Below, piece by piece: positions 1-10,060 of a stretch of DNA of 32,000 nt. Position 1 is the first letter of the stretch, and the number at the start of each line of letters is the position of its first letter. Below the pieces are notes generated by a model. It was not told the DNA's origin. It worked only from the letters and a program-made list of their open reading frames with translations, and searched no databases. Made by a program: the position numbers and the translations under genes. The DNA is taken from contig NC_013849.1 in NCBI RefSeq assembly GCF_000025505.1, positions 1-32,000 of the forward strand, written 5' to 3'. Source of the DNA: Ferroglobus placidus DSM 10642 (lineage in GTDB: Archaea > Halobacteriota > Archaeoglobi > Archaeoglobales > Archaeoglobaceae).

Positions 1-133
1 AGTTTCAAGTTTATTGGAGATAAGCCGAACAGAGGGTCTTTTAATATCCAACTTCTAATTCTCGAAGCAGAGTGAGAATAGCAAAGCTCATAAATTCCAC
101 AAGCGAATTCTAATTCACCAACCGGTGATGCTT

Positions 134-1369
134 ATGGTCGAGAACATTTTTGAAAAAATGCTCAAAAAAACGAGAATTTTCAAGAACAGGGACGTTTTAA
201 GGCACTCTTACACTCCCGAATACTTGCCCCACAGAAAAGAGCAGATCGAAACGCTTGCATCTCTCCTTTTACCGGCTTTGCAGGGGGAGACTCCTTCGAA
301 TATACTAATCTACGGGAAAACTGGCACCGGAAAAACGGCTACGGTAAAATTCGTGGGCAAGCAGCTTGAGGAAGCGAGTAGAAAATTTAATGCACACTGC
401 GTTATCCACTACTTAAACTGCGAGATTATAGATACGCAATACAGGGTTCTCGCTTCTTTGGCAAAAACTCTCGGAAGAAACGTTCCGATGACTGGCTGGC
501 CGACCGATCAGGTTTACGAGGAAGTAAAGAGGGCGATAGATTCGAGGGATCAGACGGTGATAATCGTCTTAGACGAGATCGATAAGCTCGTTAGGAAAGG
601 AGACGAGGTCCTCTACAGCCTTTCGAGAATTAACTCAGAATTGAGAAGGGCGAGGGTTAGCTTAATAGGAATATCCAACGATTTGAAGTTCAAAAACTTC
701 CTCGATCCAAGAGTTTTGAGTTCGCTGAGTGAGGAGGAGATAGTCTTTCCGCCGTATAATGCGGAGCAGCTTCAGGACATCCTTGCTCAAAGAGCTGAGC
801 TGGCATTCTATGAGGGAGTGCTCGAAGACGACGTTATTCCTTACTGCGCAGCTTTGGCTGCTCAAGAGCACGGAGATGCGAGAAAGGCTTTGGATTTGCT
901 TAGGGTGAGCGGAGAAATTGCCGAAGCTGAAGATGCGGATAAAGTCACGAGGGAACACGTGAAGAAGGCGATAAAGAGAATAGAAACAGACCACGTTGTT
1001 GAAGCTGTTAAAACCCTTCCAACTCAAAGTAAAATCATTCTCTACGGAATAATCTTACTCCACGAAAACGGAAAGAGAAAGATGACGACTGGAGAGGTTT
1101 ACGCTGTTTACAAAATTTTGTGCAAGAAGATAGGATTTGACGTTTTAACGCAGAGGAGAGTTAGCGATTTAATTTCCGAGCTCGACATGCTCGGAATAAT
1201 AAACTCCATAGTAATATCGAAGGGTAGATACGGAAGAACGAGAGAGATAAGACTCGACGTTCCGATTAAGCCTGTGAAAGAAGCTATTCTCGACGACTAC
1301 CGACTCGAAGCTCTAAGAGACATGGAGAAGTTCATAAGGAGCCACATCACGCTGGAGTTCTTTGACTGA
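134..1369 (+). CDS. cdc6: Orc1/Cdc6 family replication initiation protein
   Basis: Walker A GKTGTGKT, Walker B IIVLDEID, Orc1/Cdc6-like SRINSELRRARVSLIGISNDLKF and a C-terminal winged-helix region (LPTQSKIILYGI...GEVYAVYKILCKK). The track ORF starts at GTG 125; ATG 134 is a plausible alternative start. Confidence 0.96.
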   Translation: MVENIFEKMLKKTRIFKNRDVLRHSYTPEYLPHRKEQIETLASLLLPALQGETPSNILIYGKTGTGKTATVKFVGKQLEEASRKFNAHCVIHYLNCEIIDTQYRVLASLAKTLGRNVPMTGWPTDQVYEEVKRAIDSRDQTVIIVLDEIDKLVRKGDEVLYSLSRINSELRRARVSLIGISNDLKFKNFLDPRVLSSLSEEEIVFPPYNAEQLQDILAQRAELAFYEGVLEDDVIPYCAALAAQEHGDARKALDLLRVSGEIAEAEDADKVTREHVKKAIKRIETDHVVEAVKTLPTQSKIILYGIILLHENGKRKMTTGEVYAVYKILCKKIGFDVLTQRRVSDLISELDMLGIINSIVISKGRYGRTREIRLDVPIKPVKEAILDDYRLEALRDMEKFIRSHITLEFFD

Positions 1370-1411
1370 TTTAAGCAAAACATTAAAGTATTTTTCACAT
1401 TCATTTAAGCT

Positions 1412-2374
1412 GTGGTAATCACCTACAGCAGAAACGTGTTCCTACCTTTAACGAGATCCTGCAGAAATCGCTGCTACTACTGCGGATTTAGGAGAGAGAA
1501 CGACGGCTTAATGAGCCTCGACTCGATAATCTCTTTGCTAAGGAAAGCGAAAAACGCAACCGAAGCCTTGCTCACGTTTGGAGAACAACCAGAGTTCAGC
1601 GAGAAGGTAAAAAAAGATCTTAAGGCTTTAGGATTCAGCAGTTTTTCGGATTACGTTAAGTCCGTCTGCGAAATTGCAATTAAGGAGGGCTTTTTACCCC
1701 ACACGAATCCGGGAGTCGTTGATACTGACTTTTTGAAGAAGGTTAAAGATTTCAACGCTAGCATGGGGCTTATGCTTGAGCAAGCGGTTGAACTGGAGTG
1801 TCACAAAGAGAGTCCCGGAAAGAAGCCGGAAGAAAGAATAAAATTCATAAAAAAAGCTGGAAAGCTGAAAATTCCTTTCACCACCGGAATTTTAGTGGGG
1901 ATAGGTGAAAAGTTCGAAGACAGAATTTACTCCCTCGAAGTTATAGCAGATTTACACGACAACTACGGACACATTCAGGAGGTGATAATCCAGAATTTTT
2001 CACCGAAGAAGGGAACAAAAATGGAAAACTTTAAACCCCCTTCTACTTCCGAAATGCTTGAAACTGTCAAAGTAGCCAGAAAGATTATTCAGAAGGATGT
2101 AGCGATCCAAGTTCCTCCGAACTTGGTGAAGGAAGTTGAGGTGTTCGTGAAAGCCGGAGCTAACGATCTTGGAGGAATTTCTGACGTAACTCCAGACTTC
2201 ATAAATCCCGAACATCCATGGCCGAAGGTTGAGGAGATATCCGAGAGGTTGAAAGGGTACGAATTAAAGGAGAGGTTGCCAATCTATCCAAAATTCGTGG
2301 TGGAAGGTTGGTACAGCGAAAAAATCGCTCCGCTTATTGAAGCTTATTCAGACGAGGAGGGTTACAAATGCTGA
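1412..2374 (+). CDS. cofG: 7,8-didemethyl-8-hydroxy-5-deazariboflavin (FO) synthase subunit CofG, radical SAM
   Basis: N-terminal radical [11 protein letters not shown] (CX3CX2C), later motifs VQVPPNLV...[23 protein letters not shown] typical of CofG, GTG start, directly followed by cofH. Confidence 0.94.
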   Translation: MVITYSRNVFLPLTRSCRNRCYYCGFRRENDGLMSLDSIISLLRKAKNATEALLTFGEQPEFSEKVKKDLKALGFSSFSDYVKSVCEIAIKEGFLPHTNPGVVDTDFLKKVKDFNASMGLMLEQAVELECHKESPGKKPEERIKFIKKAGKLKIPFTTGILVGIGEKFEDRIYSLEVIADLHDNYGHIQEVIIQNFSPKKGTKMENFKPPSTSEMLETVKVARKIIQKDVAIQVPPNLVKEVEVFVKAGANDLGGISDVTPDFINPEHPWPKVEEISERLKGYELKERLPIYPKFVVEGWYSEKIAPLIEAYSDEEGYKC

Positions 2375-3387
2375 AAGAACTTCAACTCGTTAAGGAACCG
2401 TTCAAAACGTTCGAAATAGCTAACAAAATCAGAGAGGAGGAAGTAGGAGACGTGGTAACTTACGTCGTTAATAGGAACATAAACTTCACGGACATCTGCA
2501 TTAACTCCTGCAAATTCTGCTCATATCGGAACAGAAGGAAGTTCGTTTTGTCAACCGACGAGATAAAGAAGAAGGTTGAAGAAGCCGTAAATTACGGCTG
2601 CACGGAAGTTTGCATTCAAGGAGGACTTTATCCTAATGCTGATGTGGAATTTTACAAATCTATTTTAAGAGCGGTGAGGGAAGTTTCGAAGGACATTCAC
2701 ATTCACGCATTCTCTCCAATGGAAATCGTGCACGCGGCAAGAAACTCTGGATGCGATGTTGAGGATGTTTTGAGAGAGCTTAAAAAAGCGGGATTGAATT
2801 CTATGCCGGGAACAGCTGCTGAAATTCTTGACGACGAAATAAGAAGAATAATCTGTCCGGATAAGCTTTCGGTGGAGGAATGGGTCGACGTTATTAAGAC
2901 CGCCCATTACTTGGGAATTCCGACGACAGCAACCATAATGTACGGGCACATCGAAAGCTGGGAGCACAGAATAAAGCATCTTATGATCATAAGGGAAATT
3001 CAGGAGGAAACTTCCGGATTCACCGAATTCATTCCCCTCCCGTTCATGAACAAAAACAACGAGCTCGGGAAAATAGCAAGGCAATCCTCCGGTTTCGAAG
3101 ACCTGTTGATGATTTCAATCGCGAGAATAATTCTCCATCCGGTTATCCCGAACATTCAGGCTTCGTGGGTTAAGCTTGGAATAAAACTTGCTCAGGCAGC
3201 TTTGAATTTCGGAGCAAACGACCTCGGAGGAACATTGATGGAAGAGAACATTTCGAGGCTTGCTGGCTCCACTTCCGGAGAGTTTCTTCCGAAAGAGGAA
3301 ATGGAAAGATTAATACTGAACGCCGGCAGAATCCCGGCTGAGAGAGATACGCTTTACAGAATAATCAGAGTTAGAGAAAATGTCTGA
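2368..3387 (+). CDS. cofH: FO synthase subunit CofH, radical SAM
   Basis: [16 protein letters not shown] radical SAM motif, [41 protein letters not shown] and [19 protein letters not shown] are CofH hallmarks. Overlaps the cofG stop. Confidence 0.95.
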   Translation: MLKELQLVKEPFKTFEIANKIREEEVGDVVTYVVNRNINFTDICINSCKFCSYRNRRKFVLSTDEIKKKVEEAVNYGCTEVCIQGGLYPNADVEFYKSILRAVREVSKDIHIHAFSPMEIVHAARNSGCDVEDVLRELKKAGLNSMPGTAAEILDDEIRRIICPDKLSVEEWVDVIKTAHYLGIPTTATIMYGHIESWEHRIKHLMIIREIQEETSGFTEFIPLPFMNKNNELGKIARQSSGFEDLLMISIARIILHPVIPNIQASWVKLGIKLAQAALNFGANDLGGTLMEENISRLAGSTSGEFLPKEEMERLILNAGRIPAERDTLYRIIRVRENV

Positions 3388-4921
3388 AATATCACTTTAC
3401 AGCGTTTTCGCAAACTGGAGCGAGCGAAGCGTTGAGCAGAGGAACATTCTTTCGAAGGTGAAACTTCCCCTAAAAGTCGTCGAAGTGGATAAAGATTTGT
3501 TCCCCGATAAGGCTGAGGAACTTGAGGAGATAGGAGCCTCCTTCGGCGTTCACGGCTTGCCATTAAACGTCCTCTTTTACAAAGATATACCAATTTACGC
3601 GAGCGGATTTTTGAGCGAGAAAGACGTTTTAAAGTTAATTGAGGTAACGAAATCGCTCTTAAAAGCGGACGAAAGAAAAGTCTTAGAGGAAGGAAGGAAA
3701 GTAATTGAGAAAGTCGAAAACAGAAAAAAGGGTAAAGAGGGTTTAGCTGGATTAGAGCTTCTAAAAAGCTCTTTAGATAGGATTCTCAACGCTTTCGACT
3801 ACACCTACGGAGGGTTCGGGTTCGACTTGAAGTTTCCTTTTCCATTTACCCACATCTCCCTCCTACTTCTCAGGAGGTTCAGAGAGGTCGAAATTTCTGT
3901 GAGCGAAATGATAGACGGGGGAATAAGAGATCACATTTTTGGAGGATTTTTCAGATACTGTTTCGAAAGAAGCTGGGACAGTCCTGTTAGAGTAAAAACT
4001 ACTGTCGAAAACGCTGAAATTCTAATTTTACTATCCTTGGCTTACAGAAAACTCGGAGTAGGAAGGTTGAAAGGCGTTGCGAGGGAAACTGTGGATTTTC
4101 TCTTCAGCGTTAAAAAAGACTTTTTCGGAAACTGCTTAAGCATAGAAAAAGTTGAATTTGCCAATCTCGATGAGCTGGAGAAAAAGCTTCTAAACTCTTA
4201 CTACGGATTCGACAAACTTGGCTACGCGAGAATAATTGCGTCGAGGGAGTCGATAGCGGAGGAGTTGGGGTTAGACTACGAAGAGGTGGGAGAGGTAATA
4301 AAAAATTTGAAGAAAAAGGCTAAAGCGAAAGCTCGAGTCGACGATAGAGAGATTAGCTCTTATAACTTCCACGTGGCTACAGCTTTGAATTACTACTCCG
4401 CAATATTCGACGAAAAAGTAGGGGTCGAAGACATTCTCAAAAAAATTCTGAAAAAGAGATTCGAAGACGTCCTCTACAGATACGAAGATGTGGAGGGGAA
4501 ATTTGAAGACTACTCCTACGGAATATTTTCGCTCGTAGTCAACCATTACCTGAACGACTGGGGGCTGGAAGAGGCGGAAGAACTTTTTAAACTTTCCGAT
4601 GATCACTGGAAAGTTTTCGATTCGAGAACTGCATCTCCGCTCTCTCTGAAAATTTTATCAGCTCTCCACCTATACCACCTCACGGGAAAGAGGGAATACA
4701 GAGAATACGCGAAGGAGAAGCTGAAAAAATTTGCCGGCTACGAGCACAACATATACTCCGGAGCTTACCTCGTGGCGTTGAAAGCGTACCTCAGACCGAT
4801 ATACGCTCCGAAAATAGAAAAATTCATCGCTCCCGACGTTTTCTTCTGGGAAAAGGACTGGATCGAATATGCCGGAAAAAAATTTAAGTCAGACGAAATT
4901 AGAGCTGTGTTAGATGGTTGA
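3380..4921 (+). CDS. Degenerate YyaL/DUF255 (SSP411-like) family protein: thioredoxin-like N-terminus without CXXC plus six-hairpin-like domain
   Basis: [26 protein letters not shown] resembles the YDGGFGGAPKFP block; [23 protein letters not shown] resembles GGIxDxxGGGFHRYxxDxxW. The HFEKMLYDNA-type motif is replaced by [11 protein letters not shown] and no CXXC is present. Confidence 0.75.
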   Translation: MSEISLYSVFANWSERSVEQRNILSKVKLPLKVVEVDKDLFPDKAEELEEIGASFGVHGLPLNVLFYKDIPIYASGFLSEKDVLKLIEVTKSLLKADERKVLEEGRKVIEKVENRKKGKEGLAGLELLKSSLDRILNAFDYTYGGFGFDLKFPFPFTHISLLLLRRFREVEISVSEMIDGGIRDHIFGGFFRYCFERSWDSPVRVKTTVENAEILILLSLAYRKLGVGRLKGVARETVDFLFSVKKDFFGNCLSIEKVEFANLDELEKKLLNSYYGFDKLGYARIIASRESIAEELGLDYEEVGEVIKNLKKKAKAKARVDDREISSYNFHVATALNYYSAIFDEKVGVEDILKKILKKRFEDVLYRYEDVEGKFEDYSYGIFSLVVNHYLNDWGLEEAEELFKLSDDHWKVFDSRTASPLSLKILSALHLYHLTGKREYREYAKEKLKKFAGYEHNIYSGAYLVALKAYLRPIYAPKIEKFIAPDVFFWEKDWIEYAGKKFKSDEIRAVLDG

Positions 4922-5735
4922 AGGGAAAGCTTTCGCTGCCGGAACGATCGTAAACGCTCTCGCAGCTTTGAAAGGAGTAGCATTCGCCCTAAACTTGAAA
5001 ACGAGAGTCAGGATTATTCCGGGAAAGGAAGGCGATTTTGAAAGCAGAGCTCTTGAATGCGTGGTTAAAAAAGTCTTCAGAAGCTTGAACATAGACGGAA
5101 AAGTTAAAGTGGAGAGCGAAATTCCGAGGAGGAGCGGATTGGGGAGTAGTAGCGCTGTTGTGAACGCTTTGATGTGTGCCGCTTACAAGTATCTAAACAA
5201 AGAACTTGAGGCTCACAGCATCTTAAGAGCCAACGCGAGAATCAGCTTGGAATGCGGTATGAGCTACACAGGAGCCTTTGACGATGCCTCAGCTTCTCTT
5301 CTCGGAGGGGTCGTTTTTAGCGACAACGCGAAGATGAAACTTTTCAAGAGGGAAAGTTTGGAAGGAAAAGCAGCCATACTCATCCCCGCTTGGGAACGAA
5401 AGAACGTCGATCTAAAGAAAATAAGGGAGAGAAGAGAGGAAGTCGAGAGGGCTTTTAAATTGGCGATGGAAGGAAAGCTTAGAGAAGCTATGTACGTAAA
5501 CTCCTACGAATACTGCAGAGCTTTGAATTTACCTTTCGAGCCGGTCGTAGCAGCTTACAACCTCGGACTTAATGCCGGTTTGTCGGGAAACGGACCGAGC
5601 TACGTGGCTTTTGGAGAGAACGTCGAGGACGTTAAATCCGTCTGGGAAAGCTTCGGAAAAGTTATTTTTGTAGACATCGTTAACGTTCCGGCTGAAGACG
5701 TTAAAATAAGTGGTTCTCTGTTTATTCAAACCTGA
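4914..5735 (+). CDS. aroK: Archaeal shikimate kinase (GHMP kinase type)
   Basis: PRRSGLGSSSAVVNALMCA GHMP ATP-binding loop, N-terminal GKAFAAGTIVNALA and C-terminal GLSGNGPSYVAFGE match archaeal AroK. Confidence 0.92.
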   Translation: MVEGKAFAAGTIVNALAALKGVAFALNLKTRVRIIPGKEGDFESRALECVVKKVFRSLNIDGKVKVESEIPRRSGLGSSSAVVNALMCAAYKYLNKELEAHSILRANARISLECGMSYTGAFDDASASLLGGVVFSDNAKMKLFKRESLEGKAAILIPAWERKNVDLKKIRERREEVERAFKLAMEGKLREAMYVNSYEYCRALNLPFEPVVAAYNLGLNAGLSGNGPSYVAFGENVEDVKSVWESFGKVIFVDIVNVPAEDVKISGSLFIQT

Positions 5736-6843
5736 GAGCCACGATTGGATCGAGCTTGCTTGCCCTGTAAGCAGGATAAAGACCGCTTACTAAAGCTGTG
5801 AGTATTCCAAAAAAGAGACCGAAGAGAGCGTACAGCGCTGAAGATAGGGAAAACACGTACTCGGTTTTCCCGACTATTAAGCCCGTTATTCCGTAGCCGG
5901 CAACGAAGCTCAGACAAGCACCTATAACGCTTCCGAAGACTCCGAGAATTAAAGCTTCGTATAGGAATATTTTCAAAACATCACTCCTTTGAGCGCCGAT
6001 AGCTCTGAGAATGCCTATTTCCTTCGTTCTCTCTATAGTAGACATCAACATAACGTTGAGAATACTAACTCCGGCTACGAGGAGCGAAACCCCGGCTATA
6101 GCCATGAGAAACAGATTTATCTGAGCAAAAGCTTTCTCTATCCTTTCAAGAATCGACTTCATCTCGAAAACGTCAACAACCTTTTCCTTGTAGTTTATTC
6201 GACTTTCCACGTATTCCTTAAACCTCGAAACGTCTTCTATGCTTTTCACCTTTACTATCACTATGTCGTATCCGTCTCCAAAGAGCTTGTCGAAATCTTC
6301 TCGGGAAATTATAACTGCGTAATTTGGATTTACGTCGAATCTCGCACCTTCAGCTTCGAGAATTGCCGAAACCTTGAAGAGCTTACCGCTTACGTATATT
6401 TTGCTACCAACTCTTAGTTCGAGAGCTTCTGCGAGCATTTTTCCAACGACGCACCTTCCACCGAAAGAAATTTTTCCAGACTCTGCTTTAAACATCTCTC
6501 TCGCATCGTCTTCGTCCAATCCGTAAACAGTGGATATCGTTCTCTTTTTCGAGATTATTTCTGCTGCTGCTGATTTAACGGGAATTATCTCGGATATGTA
6601 AGGAGATTTCTCTATTTTCATCAAAGTTCTTTCATCTATAGCAGAGTAGCCGTGAGTCCTCGAAGGGGTAATTATCACTTCGTTTGCGAGATCTTTAAAG
6701 TTCTCAAGCACTGCATTTTTCAAACTCTCTCCGAAGATCCCTATTGAAGCTATAGCCGTAACTCCTATGATAACTCCAACAGCAGCCAGAACGCTTCTAA
6801 CCTTAGCTCTTCCGAGATTTCTAAGAGCCATTTGAAGATACAT
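5722..6843 (-). CDS. MacB/FtsX-like ABC transporter permease
   Basis: N-terminal TM (SVLAAVGVIIGVTAIASIG), MacB-like periplasmic region, then C-terminal TMs with VSILNVMLMSTIERTKEIGILRAIGAQRSDVLKIFLYEA and YPAYRASKLDPIVALR. Confidence 0.93.
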   Translation of the reverse strand: MYLQMALRNLGRAKVRSVLAAVGVIIGVTAIASIGIFGESLKNAVLENFKDLANEVIITPSRTHGYSAIDERTLMKIEKSPYISEIIPVKSAAAEIISKKRTISTVYGLDEDDAREMFKAESGKISFGGRCVVGKMLAEALELRVGSKIYVSGKLFKVSAILEAEGARFDVNPNYAVIISREDFDKLFGDGYDIVIVKVKSIEDVSRFKEYVESRINYKEKVVDVFEMKSILERIEKAFAQINLFLMAIAGVSLLVAGVSILNVMLMSTIERTKEIGILRAIGAQRSDVLKIFLYEALILGVFGSVIGACLSFVAGYGITGLIVGKTEYVFSLSSALYALFGLFFGILTALVSGLYPAYRASKLDPIVALRFE

Positions 6844-7507
6844 CCACGATCATCCCGTCTCTAAGCTTTACAACTCTCTCAGCATATCTTTTCAAGCTTT
6901 CGTCGTGGGTAACCAAGATAACGGTTACTCCCTCTTCGTTCAACTCTTTTATTGCTTCCATAACTATCTCGCCGCTCTTGCTGTCTAAATTGCCTGTAGG
7001 CTCGTCGCAAAGGAGTATGGATGGTTTGTTTGCCAAAGCTCTCGCTATCGCAACACGCTGCTGCTGTCCTCCGCTGAGTTCAGCAGGCTTTCTTTCGAGA
7101 AGCTCGTAGATACCAAGCTTTTCAGCAAGTTCTCTAACTCTTCTTTCCCTCTCTTCCTTTGAAATCCCCTTGAAAACCATCGGCAGCTCAATGTTCTCCT
7201 CAACCGTGAGAGTAGGAATTAAATTGTACTGCTGAAAAATAAATCCGATTTCGTCTCTTCTGAGCTTCGTCAACTCTCTGTCAGAAAGTTCCCTCGTCCT
7301 CCTTCCTTTAATGATCACTTCTCCTTCCGTTGGCTTATCCAAACACCCCACGAGGTTAAGCAAAGTGCTCTTACCACTACCGCTCGGACCCATTACAGCG
7401 ATAAATTCTCCGAGCTCAACTTCGAGATTAACGTTTCTCAAAGCCACGACCTCGTAGTATTTAGTTTTGTAAACCTTCGTAACGTTTCTAAGCTCTACCG
7501 CTTTCAT
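6821..7507 (-). CDS. LolD/MacB-type ABC transporter ATP-binding protein
   Basis: Walker A GPSGSGKST, signature LSGGQQQRVAIARAL, Walker B ILLCDEPTGNLD, H-loop VTHD. Overlaps the permease gene. Confidence 0.95.
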   Translation of the reverse strand: MKAVELRNVTKVYKTKYYEVVALRNVNLEVELGEFIAVMGPSGSGKSTLLNLVGCLDKPTEGEVIIKGRRTRELSDRELTKLRRDEIGFIFQQYNLIPTLTVEENIELPMVFKGISKEERERRVRELAEKLGIYELLERKPAELSGGQQQRVAIARALANKPSILLCDEPTGNLDSKSGEIVMEAIKELNEEGVTVILVTHDESLKRYAERVVKLRDGMIVDVSSNGS

Positions 7508-8772
7508 CTTCTCCTCAAAGCAATTAACGCAAGAGAGATTATCACGAGGGCTGCAACAACTGACACAATTATCGGCAGCGGAGAAGCTCTTCTTTCTTCA
7601 ACTTTGACCTTCTCTAACTTAACTTCCTTTTCCAATTCAAGCAGATCTCCGGCAGCGTTTCTCCACTGAAGCTTTAAAGTTCCTGTTGTGTTCTTCGCTT
7701 TGATTTCGAAGATTTCGAAGTCTCCAGCTGCAACGCTTCCAACGAAAGCTTTCTCTTCGCCGAAAAACACGACAACGCTCGAAATTTCGCTCGCCCCTCT
7801 GTTGCAAATCTCCCCTCTCAGCACGTCCTCAGAAAACTCGTAGCTGCAAACGTCTACCGCGCTTTCGTTCAGAACTTTCACTTCAATGCTCTTTGTCTCC
7901 CTCTTGATCTCCTCATTCTCGTAGCTCAATTCCACGTTAAAAGTGAAGACGCCCGGTTTGAATGCCGTGACGTACATCGAGAAGTTCTTGCTCTGGCTCG
8001 GTAAAAGTACCGGGTAGCTGAAAACTCTGTCGAGGGCTTTGAGCCTTATATTATAGACGGCCTCTCTCTTCAAGTTAGTCACGAAGATGTCAACTTTTAC
8101 CGCATCGTAAACCATAACCTTTTCCGGAGCTCTAACTTCGAAGTAAACCCCTCTGCTTTCTTTCCACTCGACCTTAAACTCTTTCACGTACTCGTGGTAG
8201 TTCCTTCCGTTGTAGAAGTAAATTTTGAACGCTATCTTTTCCCTTTCCTTCGGATAGTATTTGAACACCGCTTCTCTTCCGTAAGCAACTTCTGGAGTTG
8301 CGTTGAAGAGTGGTTTGATGTAAACGTCAAAGTCCGCGTTCACGCTTACCTTCAAAAGATTTACCTCGTTGAGGTATATCGTAGTGTTCTGCAACACCAC
8401 TTCCGGCATCTCCTTTTCTACAACGAAGGGAACGTAGTAAGTTGTTGATCCGTTCGGAGTAGACACCTTAACCTCAACCGAGAACTTCCCGGGTTTTTCT
8501 GCTTTAAACGTGAAAGGAAGTTCGTAAGTAGAGAGGGGGGGAATTACACCTATGTCAGTAATAATTCTCGGTTCGACGAGATCGCTGTAGAAAACGATGC
8601 TGGAAATTTTCTCTGCGAAAGAATTTTTGTTTTCCAGAACGATGGAGCAATCTACCTCGTCTCCAACGAATATCCTGTCGAGCCCCACTTTAACTTCTTT
8701 GACCGTCACCTGAGCTGAAGAGGGGACAATAATGAAGAGCGACGCAAACAGTATCGTTAAAAATTTCTTCAT
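7504..8772 (-). CDS. Secreted or membrane-anchored CARDB-like beta-sandwich protein associated with the ABC transporter
   Basis: N-terminal signal peptide (MKKFLTILFASLFIIVPSSAQ), repeated beta-rich segments (VTVKEVKVGLDRIFVGDEVDCSIVLENKNSFAEK), C-terminal TM LPIIVSVVAALVIISLALIALRRR. Overlaps the ATPase gene. Confidence 0.8.
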   Translation of the reverse strand: MKKFLTILFASLFIIVPSSAQVTVKEVKVGLDRIFVGDEVDCSIVLENKNSFAEKISSIVFYSDLVEPRIITDIGVIPPLSTYELPFTFKAEKPGKFSVEVKVSTPNGSTTYYVPFVVEKEMPEVVLQNTTIYLNEVNLLKVSVNADFDVYIKPLFNATPEVAYGREAVFKYYPKEREKIAFKIYFYNGRNYHEYVKEFKVEWKESRGVYFEVRAPEKVMVYDAVKVDIFVTNLKREAVYNIRLKALDRVFSYPVLLPSQSKNFSMYVTAFKPGVFTFNVELSYENEEIKRETKSIEVKVLNESAVDVCSYEFSEDVLRGEICNRGASEISSVVVFFGEEKAFVGSVAAGDFEIFEIKAKNTTGTLKLQWRNAAGDLLELEKEVKLEKVKVEERRASPLPIIVSVVAALVIISLALIALRRR

Positions 8773-8808
8773 GCTGGCAAAATTTATTTTTTGAATTTAA
8801 GCCTTTCT

Positions 8809-9222
8809 CTAAAACTCTACAGCATCAAAATCGAAGTCGACGTCCACGAAATCTTCTAAAGAGGACAGCATCAGAAGGTCGATCATTCCGAACGTTACGA
8901 GGAGGGAAAGCAAGAATGCATGAGCTCTGAGTAAATTCTCAATCTCCTTTAAATCCCCCATATCCCGAGCCAACCTGATTCTTTCCGATATCTCCTTCAA
9001 TTCGTTTAAAAGCTTCTGAGCTTCGTTATATCCTCTTTCGGTAAGTTCGTAAACATCTTTTTTGAAAATTAAACCTTCTCTTCTCCTTACTACCAATCCC
9101 TCCGCTTCCAAACTGTTTAACGCTGAGATAACGTCTTCCAATCGCACGTTCAAAACTCTTGCTATTTCCTCAGCTCTTCTAAATTTGAGGAGGAGCACGA
9201 GGACACTTTCTCTTAATTCCAT
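8809..9222 (-). CDS. Winged-helix transcriptional regulator-like protein with C-terminal hydrophobic segment and acidic tail
   Basis: Helix-turn-helix pattern RRAEEIARVLNVRLEDVISALNSLEAEGLVVRRREG...YELTERG, then AHAFLLSLLVTFGMIDLLML and DFVDVDFDFDAVEF. Confidence 0.7.
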   Translation of the reverse strand: MELRESVLVLLLKFRRAEEIARVLNVRLEDVISALNSLEAEGLVVRRREGLIFKKDVYELTERGYNEAQKLLNELKEISERIRLARDMGDLKEIENLLRAHAFLLSLLVTFGMIDLLMLSSLEDFVDVDFDFDAVEF

Positions 9223-9597
9223 GAAGTAAGCTTAAAAGTGAATGTTGAAAACTTTTCGGCTTTCAAAAAATTTCACAAAGGGTTGAAAAAACTTACTCGC
9301 TCCCTTAGAGGTCTGGATGATGGGACACATTCCGTTTAAAGCCGTCAACTCACGTGGCTAAGACCGAAGCTCTTCGCTTCATCAATTCCTCTTCCACGAA
9401 TTTGACAAGTCCGAGCATTTCGAGAATTTCCAGATCTTTGATTACGTTCCTCCTGTTCCCCCCTAACAACTTAGCGACTTCTTAAACGCTTTTCAGCTCG
9501 CACTTTTTTATTCACACGTATGAAACCTTAGACTCGCGTCGAAACGAAGTTAAGAGAATACGTAATTTTGGCAAAAAACGGTTTAATGGGAATTAAA

Positions 9598-9670
9598 TGG
9601 GCTCGGCCGGATTCGAACCGGCGATCTCCGCCTCGTAAGGGCGGCGTCATAACCGCTAGACCACGAGCCC
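9598..9670 (-). tRNA. tRNA-Val(TAC)
   Basis: Reverse complement folds as a cloverleaf: acceptor gggctcg/cgagccc, anticodon stem ccgcc/ggcgg with loop cttacga (anticodon TAC), T arm gccgg-ttcgaat-ccggc, discriminator A, no encoded CCA. Confidence 0.95.
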
Positions 9671-9748
9671 TTAAAGAGTAGAGCGAGTAGTTGAATTTAA
9701 GATTATCGCTCAAAAATGTTAAAACTCGCTTTTGGGATTTTTCTGTTA

Positions 9749-10060
9749 ATGCCTTTGAAAAGAGAGAAAGACCTCGAAAGGAAAATTGCAAAAGAACGTA
9801 TTGAATTTCTTCTGAACAAAGCTCAGGAAATTAAAAAGGAGAACTACGAACTTGCAAGAAGATACGTGGAGTTGGCTGTGAAAATAGCGAAGAAGTACCG
9901 GATCAGACTCGGAAAGCTCAAGGTTTTTTTCTGCAAAAAGTGCCTATACCCTTACTCTGAGGGGAAGTTCAGAGTGAGGATTCACAAGTCGAGGGTAATT
10001 GTAACTTGTCTCAACTGCGGATACGAAAGAAGAGTTCCAGTAAAACCGAAAAAAAGTTAA
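9749..10060 (+). CDS. rnp4: RNase P protein component 4 (Rpp21/Rpr2 family)
   Basis: Basic helical N-terminus (ARRYVELAVKIAKKYRIRL), zinc-binding CKKC...CLNCG and RVRIHKSRVIVTCLNCGYERRVPVKPKKS. The track start at 9716 is probably upstream of the real start; ATG 9749 fits the family. Confidence 0.9.
   Translation: MPLKREKDLERKIAKERIEFLLNKAQEIKKENYELARRYVELAVKIAKKYRIRLGKLKVFFCKKCLYPYSEGKFRVRIHKSRVIVTCLNCGYERRVPVKPKKS

Noticed and set aside
9528-9791. 87-aa minus-strand ORF across the tRNA-Val locus
   Set aside because: Its frame is produced by the tRNA gene sequence and flanks; the tRNA cloverleaf explains the region.
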